25,983 nucleotides of DNA from a virus (IMGVR_UViG_3300020044_008930:1-25983), one strand, 5' to 3'. Counted from the stretch's first letter, positions 15,850 to 24,675 are shown. Made by a program: numbers and translations. Notes: generated by a model not told the origin, from the letters alone.

Positions 15850-16185
15850 CTATTGCCTTGAGGGGGTGTCAAAAGCAGACGGGGAGGGCTTACGCGGAGG
15901 CGCGGGGGTCGCGGAGGGGGGAGAGAAACTGGAAACCGGAGACTTGAGACTTGAAACCTCGATGGCTTCCCATTTGCCGAGCGGACACCTTTCGGTTGCC
16001 ATGCGGAGTTTTGCCCAAGTGCTGCAACCGCATTTGCGGCAGCGGCCGGTGTTGTTGAGGGCGGTTGCGTCCCATTCTGGGCAGGATCGGCAGATGGCTT
16101 CGCGGGTTGCGAGTGCTTCGGGTGGCGTGGTGGCGAAGCCGGAGCGGGCGAAGCGGTGCGCGGCGTTGCCGAAGCGGGCGAGCAT
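15850..16185 (-). CDS. Small Cys-rich (Zn-binding-like) phage protein
   Basis: R.AICRSCPEW...RCRKCGC....KLRMATERCPLGKW; the frame then runs through repeat DNA. Confidence 0.75.
   Translation of the reverse strand: MLARFGNAAHRFARSGFATTPPEALATREAICRSCPEWDATALNNTGRCRKCGCSTWAKLRMATERCPLGKWEAIEVSSLKSPVSSFSPPSATPAPPRKPSPSAFDTPSRQ
15892..15919. repeat. 28-bp GC-rich direct repeat, copy 2
   Basis: acgcggaggcgcgggggtcgcggagggg. Confidence 0.9.
15924..15958. repeat. Degenerate heptamer tandem array, 5 units
   Basis: agaaact ggaaacc ggagact tgagact tgaaacc. Confidence 0.85.
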
Positions 16186-16204
16186 TTGGGCGCGGCGAGC
16201 GAGC

Positions 16205-16804
16205 CTATGAGAATGTGACGGTATAGGTTCCACCTTCATAAGAACCCCATCCATCTGGCGGAACATAGGTATATGCTGTATAAGTCTTACCGTTTATTAT
16301 TATAGATGAAATGTTAACTTCATAAGTCTCACACAAATCACTTGGCGTTGCTAAAGAGATAGGAAACCCTGCCTGTGTATCCATAACATTAAGAATGAGG
16401 CATCCGTTTTCAAGGATATAAATAGATGATTCAATTACTCCGTCATCTCCATAGCTTTGATAAAAGCCGCAATCTGTTCCTAGAGGGGGGGCAGCATATA
16501 TGTCTTGCGCCTTCAATGGAGGATCTCCTATGCAATCAGTCGGAGTTATCCAAGAACCTGAATATCCACCAGAAAACGGGGTTCCATTTACAACAATAGA
16601 AAATGAAATCGAGACATTTGTGAATGCAGCTGGGTCTGTGCCTAAAAGTTTTTTTGTAAAATTAGGGTCGCTAGGAGGATTGATTGGTTTGATTTGAAAA
16701 CATCCGCAACCCCCACAACACGCGCAATTCACAGCGCGAAGGCCGCCGCCTTCTTCGTCGGTTTTGATTTTTACTGCGCCGGAGGATGTGAGGCCGAGGG
16801 TCAT
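16205..16804 (-). CDS. Variable Cys-rich tail-associated protein
   Basis: GC-rich N-terminus ending RAVNCACCGGCGC, followed by an AT-rich body. Confidence 0.7.
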   Translation of the reverse strand: MTLGLTSSGAVKIKTDEEGGGLRAVNCACCGGCGCFQIKPINPPSDPNFTKKLLGTDPAAFTNVSISFSIVVNGTPFSGGYSGSWITPTDCIGDPPLKAQDIYAAPPLGTDCGFYQSYGDDGVIESSIYILENGCLILNVMDTQAGFPISLATPSDLCETYEVNISSIIINGKTYTAYTYVPPDGWGSYEGGTYTVTFS

Positions 16805-16811
16805 GGAAGAG

Positions 16812-16906
16812 AGTTTTAAGTTTTAAGAATTAGGTTTTAAGTTGGCGGGGCGCGTGATTGTCTCGGTGGTGACTCTTAAAACTTACAAACTTAACACTTA
16901 AGACTT
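16812..16906. repeat. Inverted pair of heptamer arrays forming a long imperfect hairpin
   Basis: agtttta agtttta agaatta ggtttta ag ... cttaaaa cttacaa a cttaaca cttaaga ctt. Confidence 0.85.
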
Positions 16907-16909
16907 GTG

Positions 16910-17167
16910 CTAGCATTCCTCGGTGGCGATCCATTGCAGAGTGCCGTCTTTCACTCCGAGGACGTGGGTGCCGGTGGTGGGTGCTGAGGGGAGCAGGAGG
17001 GTTCGTTGGCCGTTGCCGCTCTCGCTCACCCAACTCGAGTCGATATCGATGGCGACGGCGTTGAAATTTTGATCGAGGTCGCGGCCTTTCAAGGAATACG
17101 GATACGCTCCGGAGACTGGCGTGTTAGTCGCGCGGGCGAGGGCCTCGAATTTAACGGGAAGGTCCAT
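16910..17167 (-). CDS. Small minor tail protein
   Basis: LPSAPTTGTHVLGVKDGTLQWIATEEC; tightly packed in the tail operon. Confidence 0.7.
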   Translation of the reverse strand: MDLPVKFEALARATNTPVSGAYPYSLKGRDLDQNFNAVAIDIDSSWVSESGNGQRTLLLPSAPTTGTHVLGVKDGTLQWIATEEC

Positions 17168-17170
17168 GGT

Positions 17171-17902
17171 CTATGATGAAGGGGACGGCGGATCGTTTAG
17201 ATAGTCGAAGCCTATTGGTAAAATGCTGGGAATAAAAGTGGCGCGCTCCTCCCAAATGTCTCCGTAATACTGGAACTCAGCCAGGCTTTTTGCGATGCTA
17301 TATTGAATGGACGCTGAGACATTTGCGAATGGCGCGCCCGATGGGCCAGGGCCAAAAATTTCAACTGAACTAAAACTTCTGGTTGTGATTTTGGTGCCTG
17401 CGGCTTTGTAGCCGATTTGTTGTCCAGCGTATATTTCAAGAGAAGCGAGGTGGGTAGTCATCAAATCTATCTCGCCCCGCCCACTACGGACTTCTTTGGA
17501 AAGCTCTACGACAATAAGAAATTTTTTTGAAATAAACCTAACTTCGCCGTTGTCTGGGTGGTAATAAGCTGCACCAAAAGATAGACCCTGCGAATAGGGC
17601 AAGGCTATAGCCCCGCGAGACTCAACTTTTTGCACGCCTGCGCTGCCGGGGGCGAGGCCGTAGGCGCTGACAGTGGCGGATTGGAGACCGTTGCCCAGCT
17701 CGCGGTATTCGGGCAGGCCGTAGACTTTGGCGCTGGTGCCTGCATCGTCGGCGGGGAACGGAGCGCCGTGGTCGGCGACAGGCCCCAGGGTGTCGAGATT
17801 GCCGATGAATTCCTGCTGGAGGAGGACAAGGCCGCTGCTCCATGTTCTTGTGATTCGACCAGGCTGCGGAATCCAATCGCTTAAGGATGTGTAGAGCGTC
17901 AT
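17171..17902 (-). CDS. Tail protein following the tape measure (distal-tail position)
   Basis: ATGA-coupled to the tape measure gene; GC-rich N-half, AT-richer C-half. Confidence 0.7.
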   Translation of the reverse strand: MTLYTSLSDWIPQPGRITRTWSSGLVLLQQEFIGNLDTLGPVADHGAPFPADDAGTSAKVYGLPEYRELGNGLQSATVSAYGLAPGSAGVQKVESRGAIALPYSQGLSFGAAYYHPDNGEVRFISKKFLIVVELSKEVRSGRGEIDLMTTHLASLEIYAGQQIGYKAAGTKITTRSFSSVEIFGPGPSGAPFANVSASIQYSIAKSLAEFQYYGDIWEERATFIPSILPIGFDYLNDPPSPSS

Positions 17903-20418
17903 GTCAGTACAGGAGTGGGGAGCTTGTTGCTCAGGGTGGTGACGAGGGTTTTGATGTCGGAGACGAGGGATTTTAGTTCCGAGAAAATGCTGGTGTCCGA
18001 TGCGGGGGGCTCGGGCATCGGGGAGGTGCCAGGACCGAAACTTGGGACAGAGTCGGTGAGGTTAAATTTGAAGGGCTCGCTGAATGCGGCGGCCGCGGCG
18101 GACTTGAGCGAAGCGAGCGAGTCGGCGAAGGCGGCCATATCGAACTTAGCGACGAGATCCACTGGCTTTGCTCCCAGCTCGGCGATGCTGGCGGCGGCGT
18201 CTTTCGTGTCTGCGGTGGCCTTCACTTTGACCTCGGTTGGCTTTTTGCCAGATTCGACGATGGCATACAGGGCGGCTTGCACATTGGCTAAAGATCCCCC
18301 CATGTCTTTTGCAACGATCTCGGCCTTGGCTCCGTTACCGATGGCGGCGATGGATTCCTTGTATTCTTTGAGCGACGCAAATCCTTGCTCCTTTAGGGTG
18401 AGCAAAACTTCTTTGGTGGGAGCGAGGTTTTTAACCGCAGCGGCGGCGGACTCAAAATCATCTTTGCCGGTCAGCTTAAAAGCCAAATCCACATCTTTCT
18501 GAGTTGGCAGGCTGTAGAGGATTTTCTGCAAATTTTCGACTGAGTCCACACCGGCGGTCTTCATCCCAACCTCGATATTTTTGCTTTCCATCAGGCCAAG
18601 GATTGTGCGGGCTCCAGTGAGATCGGACTGCCCGGTGAGCTTGAGGGCCACATCGATGGCGTGCTGCGTGGCGGTCTCGGAGTTGATCTCGGCCAGAAGG
18701 GTCTTCCAGCGCTTGTCTTCGACCGTGGTGGTTACGGTGATGAGGATGTCTTTGCCGGAAATGGCGTCGGTGATCTGCTTGGTCCTGAGCATGGCGTCTG
18801 CGAAGGCGTTGGCGTTCGCTTCGCCCATGCCGGAGTCGGTGGCTTTTTTCCAAGCGTCGAGCCATGCCTTACGCTCTTCGAGGGCTTTTTGTTCGGCTTG
18901 GTTGCCTGTGGCTTTTGCTGTGGCGAGATCGAGCTCAAACTGGAGTTCGACTTGCTTGGCGGCTTGAATTTTTAAGCTGGTGTCGAGTTGAGTATTGAGT
19001 TCCTGCGTGATTTGTTTTGCGCCTTCGGTAGCTGGGACCATGGCTGTCTCCATCGATGTGCGGGTCGCTTTGCCGCTGGCCTCGATGGCCGCCATCTCAG
19101 CATTCATTCGCTTCGTGGCATCTTCGGCTCCAAAAAAATCCTCTTTAAATACGCGAGTTTTTGCGGCGGTTTTATCAAATTCTTGAGTCACGAGAGCGGC
19201 GGCTTTGGCGGTCTCGCCCATGTTGGCAATCTGAGCTTCGCCGAGCGCGGTATTTGCGGCGTCGAGCACTTGGAACATTTTGTCGCCTGCGGCTTGGAAG
19301 CCCGGCAACTCGGAGACCGCTGCGGAAAATGTCATGAGCGCCTCGGTGATGTGTCGCCCAAATGTGAGCGCGGCATCGGTGAGCGCGCTGCCAATGTAGG
19401 CTCTGACCGCTGATGCCAAGTTGGTCTCCATCGACTTGACCAAAAAATCAATCACCGTGGAGGACGTATTAAAAAACGCATTGCCGAAAGTCTTAACTGC
19501 GACCTCGAACGAGGTGCCGTAGGCCTTAATGGTGGCGATGGGATCATTAAAAGCCCCAATGAGTCGGTCTGCCAAGCGGACGACTATGTCCATTGTGGCC
19601 TTCCCCCAACCGGCAGCATCCACGCCACTGAGGGCGGCAGTGAATACGTTCAAGGCTGGTAAGGCTTTTTCTAAAAATCCGGCGGCAAACTCAAGCACCT
19701 TGTTGTTAAGAGCGGCCATGTTATCGCCCACGCTGTCGAAGGCGGCGGCGGAGCGATCCATCACGCCAGGGAGTCCGCCGAGTTGCCCCTTGGCCCCTTC
19801 GATCTCTCCGCTGAAATTTTGAAGGATGGGGAGAAGCTCTCCGCCGGATTTACCGAAGATCGACATTGCGGCCTCGGCGCGCTGCGCGGGATCTTGAATA
19901 GAAGAGATGCGTTGAGCGAATACGCCCATCTGCTCGGTGGGTGTCTTGCCTGCGAGGTCTCCCATGGTGATGCCGAGGCGCGCCATTGCGTCGGATTGAG
20001 CGGCTCCGCCTTGAGCGGCATCCACCATGAACTTTTGCATTTTGTTCATGGAGCTGCCGACAGCATCGGCGCTGACTCCGGTATTCGTGAAGGCGCGCTC
20101 GAGAATGAGGAGATTGCCTGCGGTTTCGCCTGTGCGGCTTGAGAGGTCGTTGAGCTTGCCGCCGAGGTCTATGGCAGCGCCGAATTGATCAACCACAGCG
20201 CGGGCGGCGGCGGTGGCGGCTTCGACTGCCATCATGCCGACCTTGACGGCGGCACCGGCAACGCCTGCGGCGAGGCCGATCTTGCCGAAAGACATATCAA
20301 ATCCATTGGCGGCTCCTGCGCCCTTTGCTCCAAAATCGTTGATGCTATTCGTGACGCTCTTTAAAGAGTTGCTGAGGCCTTCGTCTTTGGCGCCGAGGGT
20401 GACTGTAATATCGCTCAT
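17899..20418 (-). CDS. Tape measure protein
   Basis: 839 aa, Ala-rich helical; DITVTLGAKD start, LNDLSSRTG, RAEAAMSIFGKSGGELLP. Confidence 0.92.
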   Translation of the reverse strand: MSDITVTLGAKDEGLSNSLKSVTNSINDFGAKGAGAANGFDMSFGKIGLAAGVAGAAVKVGMMAVEAATAAARAVVDQFGAAIDLGGKLNDLSSRTGETAGNLLILERAFTNTGVSADAVGSSMNKMQKFMVDAAQGGAAQSDAMARLGITMGDLAGKTPTEQMGVFAQRISSIQDPAQRAEAAMSIFGKSGGELLPILQNFSGEIEGAKGQLGGLPGVMDRSAAAFDSVGDNMAALNNKVLEFAAGFLEKALPALNVFTAALSGVDAAGWGKATMDIVVRLADRLIGAFNDPIATIKAYGTSFEVAVKTFGNAFFNTSSTVIDFLVKSMETNLASAVRAYIGSALTDAALTFGRHITEALMTFSAAVSELPGFQAAGDKMFQVLDAANTALGEAQIANMGETAKAAALVTQEFDKTAAKTRVFKEDFFGAEDATKRMNAEMAAIEASGKATRTSMETAMVPATEGAKQITQELNTQLDTSLKIQAAKQVELQFELDLATAKATGNQAEQKALEERKAWLDAWKKATDSGMGEANANAFADAMLRTKQITDAISGKDILITVTTTVEDKRWKTLLAEINSETATQHAIDVALKLTGQSDLTGARTILGLMESKNIEVGMKTAGVDSVENLQKILYSLPTQKDVDLAFKLTGKDDFESAAAAVKNLAPTKEVLLTLKEQGFASLKEYKESIAAIGNGAKAEIVAKDMGGSLANVQAALYAIVESGKKPTEVKVKATADTKDAAASIAELGAKPVDLVAKFDMAAFADSLASLKSAAAAAFSEPFKFNLTDSVPSFGPGTSPMPEPPASDTSIFSELKSLVSDIKTLVTTLSNKLPTPVLT

Positions 20419-21194
20419 TGTAGTTCGGCTTGTTTGGCTTTTTCCGCTTTGATGGCGTGGGACATCATGCTCATCATTTTTTTCTTCGCCAGGGTGACGG
20501 CGAAAGATTCGCCCCCGGCATCGAGGGTGGCGCGGGCGTAGGACACAGAGTTGGTAATCGCGATGGAAAATCCCATGCCTTCTTTTTGCATGGCGGCGAC
20601 CATGCCCGCAGCTTTAGGCATATTCCGCTGGACCCATGACGGCACGCCCTTGAGGGGCTCGCGCACGTCGGCGTTGCACTTCTCGGCCACGATGGCCCAG
20701 CCTGCCTTGGCGATGCCGACTTTTTTCAGCGTCTCTTTGAGATAATTGCGATAGGTGGCTTGCTTAATGAGAGCACGGTTAAGGAGGCCGAGGCGAGTGG
20801 TCTGCCCGGCGGCGGTCTTGTGCGATTTGTGCCAAGACTTGGCGGCACCGACATCTGAAATCTGCGTCTGTGTATCGGTCGCCCACACGATGCCGCTTTT
20901 GCTATGGAGTGCCGCGCCGCCGGAGCTGAATGCGGTGCCTTTTTTTAGCTCTTTCCACCAGGTGGGATTGATGATGGTAAATATGCTGCGGATGTCTCCG
21001 GCGACTTGCTTCTCTCCTGCTTGCTTGGAGGTCCCGCTTGTGCCTGACGGCGCGGTGTAGCGCATGCACTCGAGAGCGCAGAGCCGGGCGGCATTATTGA
21101 CAAGCTGGCCGACCTCTTTGCCGACAAGCATTTCGTATTTCTTCATTTTCCGAAGAAACTTCGTGTCGTCGATTTGTATGCTTGGAGTTGCCAT
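20415..21194 (-). CDS. Neck/tail completion protein (HK97 gp10-like)
   Basis: Basic protein; IQIDD..F, KVGIAKAGW, ITNSVSYA. Confidence 0.6.
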   Translation of the reverse strand: MATPSIQIDDTKFLRKMKKYEMLVGKEVGQLVNNAARLCALECMRYTAPSGTSGTSKQAGEKQVAGDIRSIFTIINPTWWKELKKGTAFSSGGAALHSKSGIVWATDTQTQISDVGAAKSWHKSHKTAAGQTTRLGLLNRALIKQATYRNYLKETLKKVGIAKAGWAIVAEKCNADVREPLKGVPSWVQRNMPKAAGMVAAMQKEGMGFSIAITNSVSYARATLDAGGESFAVTLAKKKMMSMMSHAIKAEKAKQAELQ

Positions 21195-21201
21195 GTTTTA
21201 T

Positions 21202-21818
21202 TTAAAGGCGTGCAAAGACGGCTTCTATATCGCTTGCCAAGTCAAAAGCGGCTGCGGTGTTATTGCGCTTCCAGGCTTTGGGTGCTCCCTGCGCGGTGGC
21301 GTCTGCGTGCAGGAGTTGCAGTCCTGCCGTGAATGGGACCTCGAATAAAATGGCGTGATGGCCCCAACCGGTAAGTTTCGCGACTTGGTAAACATAAGAG
21401 GCGAGCCAGTTGGGGCTGTTTAGTTTCCCGCTGAGTTGCCCGTGGCTGAGGTGGACTCCGATGCGTTGATGCGCTCGAACTCAAGCTTGACGGCCTCGGT
21501 GAGCGCGGCTTGAGATTCGAGGGTTTCGAAATTCTCAATATGCCATTTGCGGACGGCGCGGGAGAAGGCGTCGGGGTTGTCTGCGATCTCGAGCACTTCG
21601 TCGAGCGGGACGGTGTGGACGTAGCCGAAAGCGGCGACCGACCAGAAGTTGCCTTTCTTGCCCGTGCTGTTGCTCTGGACGATATCGATGGTGCCTGGCA
21701 CAAAGCGGCGGAGCTTGAGGTCGCCGACTTTGGTGGACCCGGGGCGCATGCCTTGGAGGCGGAGTGCGTCGTCGTCTTTTGCAAAATCGTTGTCGTTGGG
21801 TTTTTGTTTTGTTTTCAT
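21202..21818 (-). CDS. gpGT-like chaperone made by a -1 frameshift at GGGAAAC (21429-21423)
   Basis: -1 frame is open from the slip site: GKLNSPNWLASYVYQVAKLTGWGHHAILFEVPFTAGLQLL...VFARL*, with no ATG of its own. Confidence 0.8.
21420..21818 (-). CDS. Tail assembly chaperone (gpG-like)
   Basis: Position between tube and tape measure genes; ends G GGA AAC TAA. Confidence 0.75.
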   Translation of the reverse strand: MKTKQKPNDNDFAKDDDALRLQGMRPGSTKVGDLKLRRFVPGTIDIVQSNSTGKKGNFWSVAAFGYVHTVPLDEVLEIADNPDAFSRAVRKWHIENFETLESQAALTEAVKLEFERINASESTSATGNSAGN

Positions 21819-21836
21819 TTTTTTTGGTTTTGGTTT

Positions 21837-22229
21837 TTAGAAAAACTTGGCGAATTTTTGACGCGTTTCCTGCGTGGCGTTTTCGGAGAGAAGAAGGATT
21901 TTGCCGTTGCGGCGGATCTCGATGGTGCGAGTCGTGTCGTGGTGGAGATCGATGAGACGCTCGCGGTTAATAAATCCGGCGCGGATGTAATTGACGGGGT
22001 GCTCGGCGTCGGACTCCTCGAGCTCGGCGTGGCCTTTGGTCATCCAATGGATGACCTTGCTGGCGCGCATGCCTCGGGGGCCGTCTTCGGCGACCCAGTA
22101 GGCGCTGGATTCTTTGCCGTCTTCGCGGGCGATGCGGACGCAGGGCGTGGATTCGTGGAAGTCAAAGCCGAGCGTGGCGAGGGCCGATGCGGCTTTGAGG
22201 TTACCGGTGGACGTGTAGGAGCGGGTCAT
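21837..22229 (-). CDS. Hypothetical protein (DUF5659-like N-terminus)
   Basis: YTSTGNLKAASALATLGF...REDGK...YW; strong GC3 bias. Confidence 0.6.
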   Translation of the reverse strand: MTRSYTSTGNLKAASALATLGFDFHESTPCVRIAREDGKESSAYWVAEDGPRGMRASKVIHWMTKGHAELEESDAEHPVNYIRAGFINRERLIDLHHDTTRTIEIRRNGKILLLSENATQETRQKFAKFF

Positions 22230-22249
22230 TATTTCGGGTTCTATTTCTC

Positions 22250-22283
22250 AAAAAAAGGGCGGCTCCCGGTTAGCCGGGGAGCC
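22250..22283 (-). terminator. Rho-independent terminator after the tail tube genes
   Basis: ggctccccggctaaccgggagcc hairpin followed by gccc and T7 on the minus strand. Confidence 0.8.
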
Positions 22284-22298
22284 AGCGGCGTAGGGATT

Positions 22299-22658
22299 TT
22301 ATTGCTCGGTGAGCGTGAGGTCGTATTGCGTCGCGGCAATTTTGACCTTGGCGAATCCATCCGAGCTTTTGGAAACGACCACAGAATCAACGAGGATCGT
22401 GCCTGTGAGTTGGCCCATAGCGGTATTGGCAATCGAGGCCATCTCGTCGCCGACTTCTACGGACGATGAGGACGCAAGGCCCTCGATGGAAATCGAGGCT
22501 TTTTTGTTGAAGCGGTGCGTTTGGACGATGTCGCCGTTGATGTCCATGACCTCAGCTTTGTCGGACGACACGTCGTAGCTGAAAGACTGAACCATCAGCC
22601 CGGCTTCGTCGGTCATTCCGAATTCGGTCGTTTGAGTGGAGAAGAATTTTGCGGCCAT
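22299..22658 (-). CDS. Tail tube-like protein B
   Basis: FG...GLMVQS...AEV.D.NGD.V......KASISIEG...VG...ILVDSV.VSKS.DGFAKV.I.A. Confidence 0.7.
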   Translation of the reverse strand: MAAKFFSTQTTEFGMTDEAGLMVQSFSYDVSSDKAEVMDINGDIVQTHRFNKKASISIEGLASSSSVEVGDEMASIANTAMGQLTGTILVDSVVVSKSSDGFAKVKIAATQYDLTLTEQ

Positions 22659-22663
22659 AATGA

Positions 22664-22981
22664 TTAGGAGTTGGAGGCTGAGATCTGGATTTCGGCAAAG
22701 CCCTCGAGCGAGCGACTGGTGGATATGGAATCGATCTTCCAAGTGCCAGCAGGAGCCCCAGTGAGAGCCAATGTGGCGCCCACAGTTTGAGCTGCTGTGA
22801 GATCGCCTACGGCGGATATGGAAAGCTCTTCTTTGAAGCCATAATAGCCAACGGCGACGGTCTCACCGTCCGGCCCTTGGAGTTCCGTTTTTTGCGCTGA
22901 CTTGGTGTGGTCCATCGACTTGACGAGCAAGCTGGCGCTCGAGATGCCGGTGATTCCAAAAGTTTGAGTGGTAGATGGCAT
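22664..22981 (-). CDS. Tail tube-like protein A, paralogue of B
   Basis: FG...SLLVKS...TEL.G.DGE.V......EELSISA...VG...WKIDSI.TSRS.EGFAEI.I.A. Confidence 0.7.
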   Translation of the reverse strand: MPSTTQTFGITGISSASLLVKSMDHTKSAQKTELQGPDGETVAVGYYGFKEELSISAVGDLTAAQTVGATLALTGAPAGTWKIDSISTSRSLEGFAEIQISASNS

Positions 22982-23009
22982 GGTTGGTGGGTTTCGTAAA
23001 TTGCGTGTG

Positions 23010-23414
23010 TCAAATTTCGGCAACGAGGCCGAGCGAGATTTGCAACGTGCAAAGCCACCGGCCTTCGGAAATGGAGTTGTTGATCGAAGTCAAAACAGAA
23101 CCAGCCAGGCGCAATGTGGCGGGAAAATAATCGGCGAGGTCGTTGGGCGGGACGGCGAGCGAATGCAGCCGGGCGCTCAGGGATTGGTGGGCGTCGAGGC
23201 CACCTTCCAGTTCGCAGGGTGTGGCCAATACCAGCGACACCGTGGCTTTTGATATGTTGGCAACGAGGACCGTGTTGGAGTCGAGGCCAACGACGATCAC
23301 GGGCTGATCGCCGGGGATGGTCTCTGCGCTCTGTCCGGTGAGGATTGTGATGTCGGCGAGGTCGGGATCGGCGAGGAGCCAATCGCGGATGGCGAGTTCG
23401 AGGGCTGCGTTCAT
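23010..23414 (-). CDS. Tail terminator-like protein
   Basis: MNAALELAIRDWL...; position between head-closure and tube genes; ATGA coupling. Confidence 0.65.
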   Translation of the reverse strand: MNAALELAIRDWLLADPDLADITILTGQSAETIPGDQPVIVVGLDSNTVLVANISKATVSLVLATPCELEGGLDAHQSLSARLHSLAVPPNDLADYFPATLRLAGSVLTSINNSISEGRWLCTLQISLGLVAEI

Positions 23415-23734
23415 AAGGAGGAGCCGGGGGAAATCATGGCGACGTATTCGCCTGGGGTGGTGACGACTTCCTTGAGGGTCTGGATCGTGTAGGCCTTGCC
23501 GCCGATGAGGATCTGCTCGCCACGGCGTGGCGGGGTGGCAAGGGACGTGGCCAAAAATCGGCAAGTGAATTCCCCACCCTGGCGAAGTCCTCCGGTCTCA
23601 AGATCGAGGCCGATGGCGATGGGCGAGAGCACGACGCGAAGGGGCTGGCTGCGGAAGGTGGCCGTGTGGCCAAGGGCTGCGTTGCGCAGCGCGGCGGCGG
23701 TGAGAGTGAATGCGTGGATCGCGTCGGGCGACAT
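23411..23734 (-). CDS. Head-tail joining/closure protein (gpFII-like)
   Basis: PPRRGEQILIGGKAYTIQ; directly after the capsid gene. Confidence 0.7.
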   Translation of the reverse strand: MSPDAIHAFTLTAAALRNAALGHTATFRSQPLRVVLSPIAIGLDLETGGLRQGGEFTCRFLATSLATPPRRGEQILIGGKAYTIQTLKEVVTTPGEYVAMISPGSSL

Positions 23735-23751
23735 ACCCGTGGCGAGGTGTC

Positions 23752-23793
23752 AAAAAGAAAAGCCCGGCTGGTGAAAGGCTCCAGCCGGGCTTT
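23752..23793 (-). terminator. Rho-independent terminator after the major capsid gene
   Basis: 13-bp stem aaagcccggctgg/ccagccgggcttt with a TTTTCTTTTT tail. Confidence 0.88.
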
Positions 23794-23823
23794 GCGGGTG
23801 GGCGCTGTGAGGCGCGAGGAAGA

Positions 23824-24675
23824 CTACGCTGCTGGCACGATGAGGGCCATCGTTCCACCGGTGATGCCTTTAGCTGCACCGAACATCACTTCCAAGGAAG
23901 CGATGATCGAGCGGGTGCTCTTGTCGCTGTACACGTTGTAAGCGATGGTGAGGCCGATCTGATCGAGGGTCACGCTGTCCGAAACCATGTAATCGTTGTC
24001 TGCAAGTGCTGGCACGGCGGAGGCCATGACGAGCGCTTCGGGTGAGCAAGCGAATCCAGCCAGGTTGGCTTGGCCGCCGAATGAGGATGCGTAATGCACA
24101 CCATTCTCGAAACCATATGCGCCTTCGCTGAGGCTGATGTTCGTTGTGTTCGTTGGGATGAGGTTCGAGTAGATCACGGGATTCACTACGAGGCCTTTGC
24201 GTGCGCTCTTCGATACTGCTGCCCAGAGATCAGGAAGGTCTCCGCTCGATGCGTTGATGCTGCCTGCCGCTGTGGTGACGGTCGCTGCGCCGAAGTTAGC
24301 AACGGTGATCGGAGCGGTAACGAGCGCCCAGATTTTGTCTGCCATCGCGTCCAAGTTGATTTGGATGAGGCGGTCCAAGCGGTGCGCGCTTTGGAGGTCG
24401 CTGTATGCCAAACCGAAGGGCTGGTAGATGTGATCGAGAACGACCGAGGCTTTGCCGACGGTCGTGCCGCCGATGCTGTTGAAAACAGATGGGTTGACCT
24501 CTGTGCTCGCTGTCGCTGATGCGATAGGCACGTGGACGGTGTCCTTGGGTTTCTTGACGTCGGACGAGAAGTCGGACGCGAACAAGTTAAGAGCCGTGAG
24601 GCGCTTACTGAGGATGGTTTTTGTCTGTGCGGCGATGGAGTCCGCAACCAGAGCGCTATCGAATGAATTTGCCAT
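23824..24675 (-). CDS. Major capsid protein
   Basis: Follows the protease/scaffold gene; FASDFSSDV.KPKDTVHVP, LVVNP.IYSNL, SLEVMFGAA; followed by a terminator. Confidence 0.85.
   Translation of the reverse strand: MANSFDSALVADSIAAQTKTILSKRLTALNLFASDFSSDVKKPKDTVHVPIASATASTEVNPSVFNSIGGTTVGKASVVLDHIYQPFGLAYSDLQSAHRLDRLIQINLDAMADKIWALVTAPITVANFGAATVTTAAGSINASSGDLPDLWAAVSKSARKGLVVNPVIYSNLIPTNTTNISLSEGAYGFENGVHYASSFGGQANLAGFACSPEALVMASAVPALADNDYMVSDSVTLDQIGLTIAYNVYSDKSTRSIIASLEVMFGAAKGITGGTMALIVPAA

Noticed and set aside
11725-15919. Invertase-driven tail-fibre shufflon
   Set aside because: All fibre genes share one orientation, the repeats are direct rather than inverted, and no adjacent invertase is present
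16812-16906. CRISPR array
   Set aside because: Units are 7 bp and contiguous with no unique spacers; no cas genes
21510-22469. 319-aa plus-strand ORF
   Set aside because: Antisense to three coherent tail-operon genes and crosses a terminator; no motif
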